A model generated the notes under the pieces. It searched no databases and was not told the origin of the DNA. It saw only the letters and a program-made list of their open reading frames with translations. From a virus (lineage: Duplodnaviria > Caudoviricetes): a DNA stretch of 27,823 bases. The DNA is taken from positions 1 through 27,823 of the IMG/VR virus record IMGVR_UViG_3300010043_000011; one strand, 5' to 3'. Numbering within the stretch: position 1 is the stretch's first letter; every line of letters begins with the position of its first letter. The position numbers and the translations under genes are program-made. Shown here one piece after another: positions 25,000 to 27,823 of this stretch.

Positions 25000-25335
25000 T
25001 TAGCCGCGGGTCGCGCGCGGACCGGTTTGCGGGGAGCCGTGGCTTTGCGCTTGCGAGGAGTGCGCTGCCGTGGAACCGGCTCCTGATCCGGTGCTTCCTT
25101 TTTTTTCCGCCGCCGCAGCCTCCTTCTTCTTCTTCTCCTCCGCCTCGTCCTCCTTGCGCTCCGCCTCCGCCTTCTCGGCTGCCTCCGCAGCCTCCTTGAT
25201 CTGAGCGTCACGAACCTCGTCGTGCTCCTTCTGCCCAGCCTCGATCTTCTCCGCCGTCTCCTTCTGGATTTCCTCTTCCGTCAACTTGCTCCGCGCCCGA
25301 AGGCTCAAGTCGTCTCCACCACCCTTGCCCGCCAT
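25000..25335 (-). CDS. Charged E/K/A-rich coiled-coil protein, with a possible alternative basic C-terminus ending at 24918
   Basis: AAGGAGG RBS before MAGKGGG; A8 run at 25099-25106 near the C-terminus. Confidence 0.65.
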   Translation of the reverse strand: MAGKGGGDDLSLRARSKLTEEEIQKETAEKIEAGQKEHDEVRDAQIKEAAEAAEKAEAERKEDEAEEKKKKEAAAAEKKGSTGSGAGSTAAHSSQAQSHGSPQTGPRATRG

Positions 25336-25379
25336 GCTATCCTCCTTGGCAACCAACGAATCGATCGCTCGATCCTAAC

Positions 25380-25646
25380 CTACTTTTTACCACCCGGTAT
25401 GACCTTCAGCCGCGGCTGCCCCATGAGCCCGCCATCAATCCAATCGCCAAACACCCCACTCCGCGGCGTCGGAAACGTCCGAAACTCACACAACACAACC
25501 CCGTCGCGAAACTCCCGGCTAACCGGCACCACAAACCTATACGTCAGGTTCTCGTCAACCTGCCCCTGCATCATCCCAAGCTCAACCTCATAACGTAGCT
25601 CAGCAAGTAGCCTTTCAATCCGACCCACCCGGTATTCATCCGCCAT
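25380..25646 (-). CDS. Hypothetical protein (88 aa)
   Basis: Purine-rich RBS; C-terminal 'PRLKVIPGGKK', a tail type common in alphaproteobacterial proteins. Confidence 0.65.
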   Translation of the reverse strand: MADEYRVGRIERLLAELRYEVELGMMQGQVDENLTYRFVVPVSREFRDGVVLCEFRTFPTPRSGVFGDWIDGGLMGQPRLKVIPGGKK

Positions 25647-26031
25647 GACAGACCCCTTCCCTCGCTCCTACCCAATCTTGCCAGACGAACATCAAATCAT
25701 CTCCCTCGTGAAACTCATCGAACGATGCCGCCGCGCTACCATCGAACCCCTCACCATCCAAACCTGCGACGAACTCCTCAAATGGCTCCAAGCCGCATCC
25801 CTTACCCGCCGTAACGTAGACGGCCGTATGGACGAGTTCCTCAAGCCACCCGTTGCAAATGCAACGCCCGACCCCGTTGCAAAGTCCGTTGCACCCGTTG
25901 CAAATGAAGAGAGCGTTGCAAAAGGCCGGCCACCATCCGATATCCCCTCCCCCTCAACTCTCCGATCACGTCGCCTGCGTGACGCACGTAAAGCCGCCGC
26001 CCAGAAAATCATAAACGGACCCACATCCTAA
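25645..26031 (+). CDS. Putative DNA-binding protein with internal CGTTGCA repeats
   Basis: Helical N-terminus, a VAx-repeat linker and basic C-terminal helix 'STLRSRRLRDARK'; no clear RBS. Confidence 0.5.
   Translation: MTDPFPRSYPILPDEHQIISLVKLIERCRRATIEPLTIQTCDELLKWLQAASLTRRNVDGRMDEFLKPPVANATPDPVAKSVAPVANEESVAKGRPPSDIPSPSTLRSRRLRDARKAAAQKIINGPTS
25851..25920. repeat. Iteron-like CGTTGCA repeats (five direct, one inverted)
   Basis: Direct copies at 25851, 25875, 25887, 25896 and 25914; inverted TGCAACG at 25860. Confidence 0.85.
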
Positions 26032-26034
26032 AAA

Positions 26035-26053
26035 CCCCACCCCGCCCCACCCC
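26035..26053 (-). other. G-quadruplex-forming motif
   Basis: Minus strand reads GGGGTGGGGCGGGGTGGGG: four G4 tracts with 1-nt loops. Confidence 0.75.
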
Positions 26054-26090
26054 ACCACTCAGTTAGACGCCTAACTGATCGCTGATCACA

Positions 26091-26106
26091 TGTTTCACGT
26101 GAAACA
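26091..26106. promoter_or_regulatory. parS: parS centromere site (perfect consensus)
   Basis: TGTTTCACGTGAAACA, a 16/16 match to the canonical chromosomal ParB/Spo0J site, intergenic; the palindrome extends to 18 bp (26090-26107). Confidence 0.9.
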
Positions 26107-26442
26107 TCGGCTCCGTACGTAGCCACACCCTCCACACCACTATCTCCCCACCCTTTCTCCCCGCTTCGATTGCCGGGGAGATTTAATTTAACCCGCTGAT
26201 ATTCTTACATAAACGGACCCGGAACGAAAAAAATGGCGGCACTTGGAGAAGGGGCCTTGGATTTTTTTCCGATTTCGCTCCGCCCCCCTCCCCCCCCTGC
26301 GCCGTCCCGTGGGCGGTGGGGCTGGCGTTGATCCTCCCTGCGGTGCCGGTCTTCTGCCCAATCACCTAACTGTCGAACAATGGGTTATTAGTTCGACAGT
26401 CATCCCCAATGATTTCAATGGCTTAACTGCAATCGACCCCGA

Positions 26443-26901
26443 TCATGTGGTTTCACCACTAGATGTAGATGGCGTCACGTCGATCACCCGGTTCCCCAAC
26501 ATCCGCTCCAGAGCCTCAATCGCCGCCTCTAGTTGTTCGTCGGTCATCCCCTTGACGCCTTTGTTCGTGGTTACCTCCAATTCCCGAGGGACCAGCAAAA
26601 CCAACATCTTGAGGAATATCGCCGGTTGCTCCTTCATAACTTGGTCAATGGCTTTTTGCCCGCCCCGGCGATATGCGTCGGCCATCCCGTTGATCGTGGC
26701 AAGGTTCAGCGCCCGCCGCGCCCGGCCGGCATCGCCGCCAGGATTTCCGGACCACCCTTCTGCAAACGTGCCGTTTTTGCGGCGTGCGGGCTTAGAGCGG
26801 CCATCTGGGAACTTGCCAGGGGATGCGGGTAGCTGTGGGCTGGTAGGTTCTGGCTTGGGATCGACCAAGCCGGCGGTTGCCTGCTTTGGCTTCTTGGGCA
26901 T
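26443..26901 (-). CDS. Terminase small subunit-like protein (DUF5681-type motif)
   Basis: 'GTFAEGWSGNPGG' motif, helical body 'EQPAIFLKMLVLLVPRE', C-terminal 'MTDEQL' and 'VIDVTP'; upstream of terL on the same strand. Confidence 0.7.
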   Translation of the reverse strand: MPKKPKQATAGLVDPKPEPTSPQLPASPGKFPDGRSKPARRKNGTFAEGWSGNPGGDAGRARRALNLATINGMADAYRRGGQKAIDQVMKEQPAIFLKMLVLLVPRELEVTTNKGVKGMTDEQLEAAIEALERMLGNRVIDVTPSTSSGETT

Positions 26902-27608
26902 TTGGTGAGATTAGAGCTTGAGACCGCGACCTGTCGAGGCCGAACCCTAGACGCAGCGTCACGCTCGCAGCCGGCGACGTGATCGCTCCCACTGGCGAGC
27001 ACCGAGGCCGGCGCATGATGGCGGCGGCGACTCTGCCCATGGCGACCAGGACGACCAGGGCGGCTCACCATCTGGAGCCGCGACCGTGGCGCCGTACTTC
27101 GCGGCGAGTTCAGGTGTCACCTCGATAGAGCGGACAATGGAGGCAGCACCGTGAGAGCCGAGCTTGCGGCGTCTTGCTTCCGCCGCGTCGGCAGCGGCCC
27201 GCAACTGATAGAGCCGAGATGTGGCCCGAACGTCCCGCTTGCTTCCCTTCACTTCGCGAATTCCCGCTTTCTTTCCAAGCGCTTGAGGCTGCGCGCGAGC
27301 GTGCGTGATTCGCGGAACGCCCGTCAATATGTCCAGGACATTGACCTATCGACCGGTGGATAACACTGGGGATAACGCTAGAGCTTGCGCCCGGTGCGCG
27401 CTTCACACCCCAGCGCTAGAGCCCCGACAAATCGGCAACACTGGCGATGGTTACCAAAGGCAACCGCTTTTAGCGGATTAGGTCCGTTTCGGCCCTCACT
27501 TTAGAATGTTCTAATCATTACAAGTTTCATCTGAAACTAATTCCGCCCGGTATTGAGCCGCGTTCACAAAATAATTATTCGCCAGCAATAACAGCGCAAT
27601 ACAGGGCA

Positions 27609-27653
27609 CCATGACGCGCCGTCATATAGATGGAGCGTGACGGGGCGTCATGG
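27609..27653. promoter_or_regulatory. Tandem palindromic operator pair TGACG-N3-CGTCA
   Basis: Copies at 27612-27624 and 27638-27650; together they form a 16-bp inverted repeat with one mismatch upstream of the gene at 27702. Confidence 0.6.
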
Positions 27654-27701
27654 ATAGGCTAGTGGGGACCGTTTCATCACATCACACAAGGAGTCTACAA
27701 C

Positions 27702-27823
27702 ATGAATACCTGGACCAAGGCCGGCGACCAGTGGGCGGTGCGGTGCGACCGCGAAGAGGCGCCCGGCGCCCGCGTCGCCGTCACCACCAAGGCCGGCAAG
27801 ATGAAGCAGGTCACGCTAGGCGA
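27702..27823 (+). CDS. Hypothetical protein, N-terminal part (runs off window)
   Basis: AAGGAG RBS at 27688-27693; MNTWTKAGDQWAVRCDREEAPGARVAVTTKAGKMKQVTLG. Confidence 0.7.
   Translation, partial: MNTWTKAGDQWAVRCDREEAPGARVAVTTKAGKMKQVTLG

Noticed and set aside
25692-26024. Minus-strand 110-aa ORF with FAT repeats
   Set aside because: It is the antisense reading of the CGTTGCA repeats and looks less protein-like than the plus ORF; not formally excluded.
26243-26908. Plus-strand 221-aa ORF
   Set aside because: It is antisense to the terS-like gene and runs through low-complexity C-run DNA.
26959-27327. Minus-strand 122-aa ORF upstream of terS
   Set aside because: Non-ATG start, no RBS and no recognisable motif. 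The middle portion could be coding, but support is too weak to call.
26030-27700. CtrA boxes (TTAA-N7-TTAA) or alphaproteobacterial LexA boxes (GTTC-N7-GTTC)
   Set aside because: No full-consensus match was found by eye; a PWM scan would be needed to exclude weak sites.

Overview
The window is a GC-rich segment of a tailed dsDNA phage (Caudoviricetes) with a podovirus-like, P22-type head-tail module. A Proteobacterial, probably Alphaproteobacterial, host is inferred from promoter style only. The minus strand carries a near-complete packaging and morphogenesis arm. Read right to left it holds: small-terminase-like gene (26443-26901), about 6 kb of small accessory genes, large terminase (18932-20605), two paralogous beta-rich virion proteins, portal, Gly/Lys-rich 'xGG' proteins, GroES-like co-chaperonin, scaffold, decoration protein, major capsid, adaptors, a collagen/foldon tail fibre and a gp10-like tail protein with an inserted domain. 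Four things stand out. (1) A perfect bacterial centromere site (parS, TGTTTCACGTGAAACA, 26091-26106) lies beside a four-tract G-quadruplex motif, several palindromes and IHF-like sites just downstream of terS, and DnaA-box-like and parS-like sites lie near 27.4-27.5 kb. (2) A plus-strand cassette between terS and terL encodes an Acb2/Tad1-like putative immune-signal sponge. It is driven from a 41-bp bidirectional promoter/operator shared with a 58-aa ribbon-helix-helix gene that the ORF track missed. (3) Several peptide motifs are shared between different virion proteins. (4) One gene has two plausible reading frames joined at an A8 run. All family assignments come from motif recognition and gene order, not database searches.
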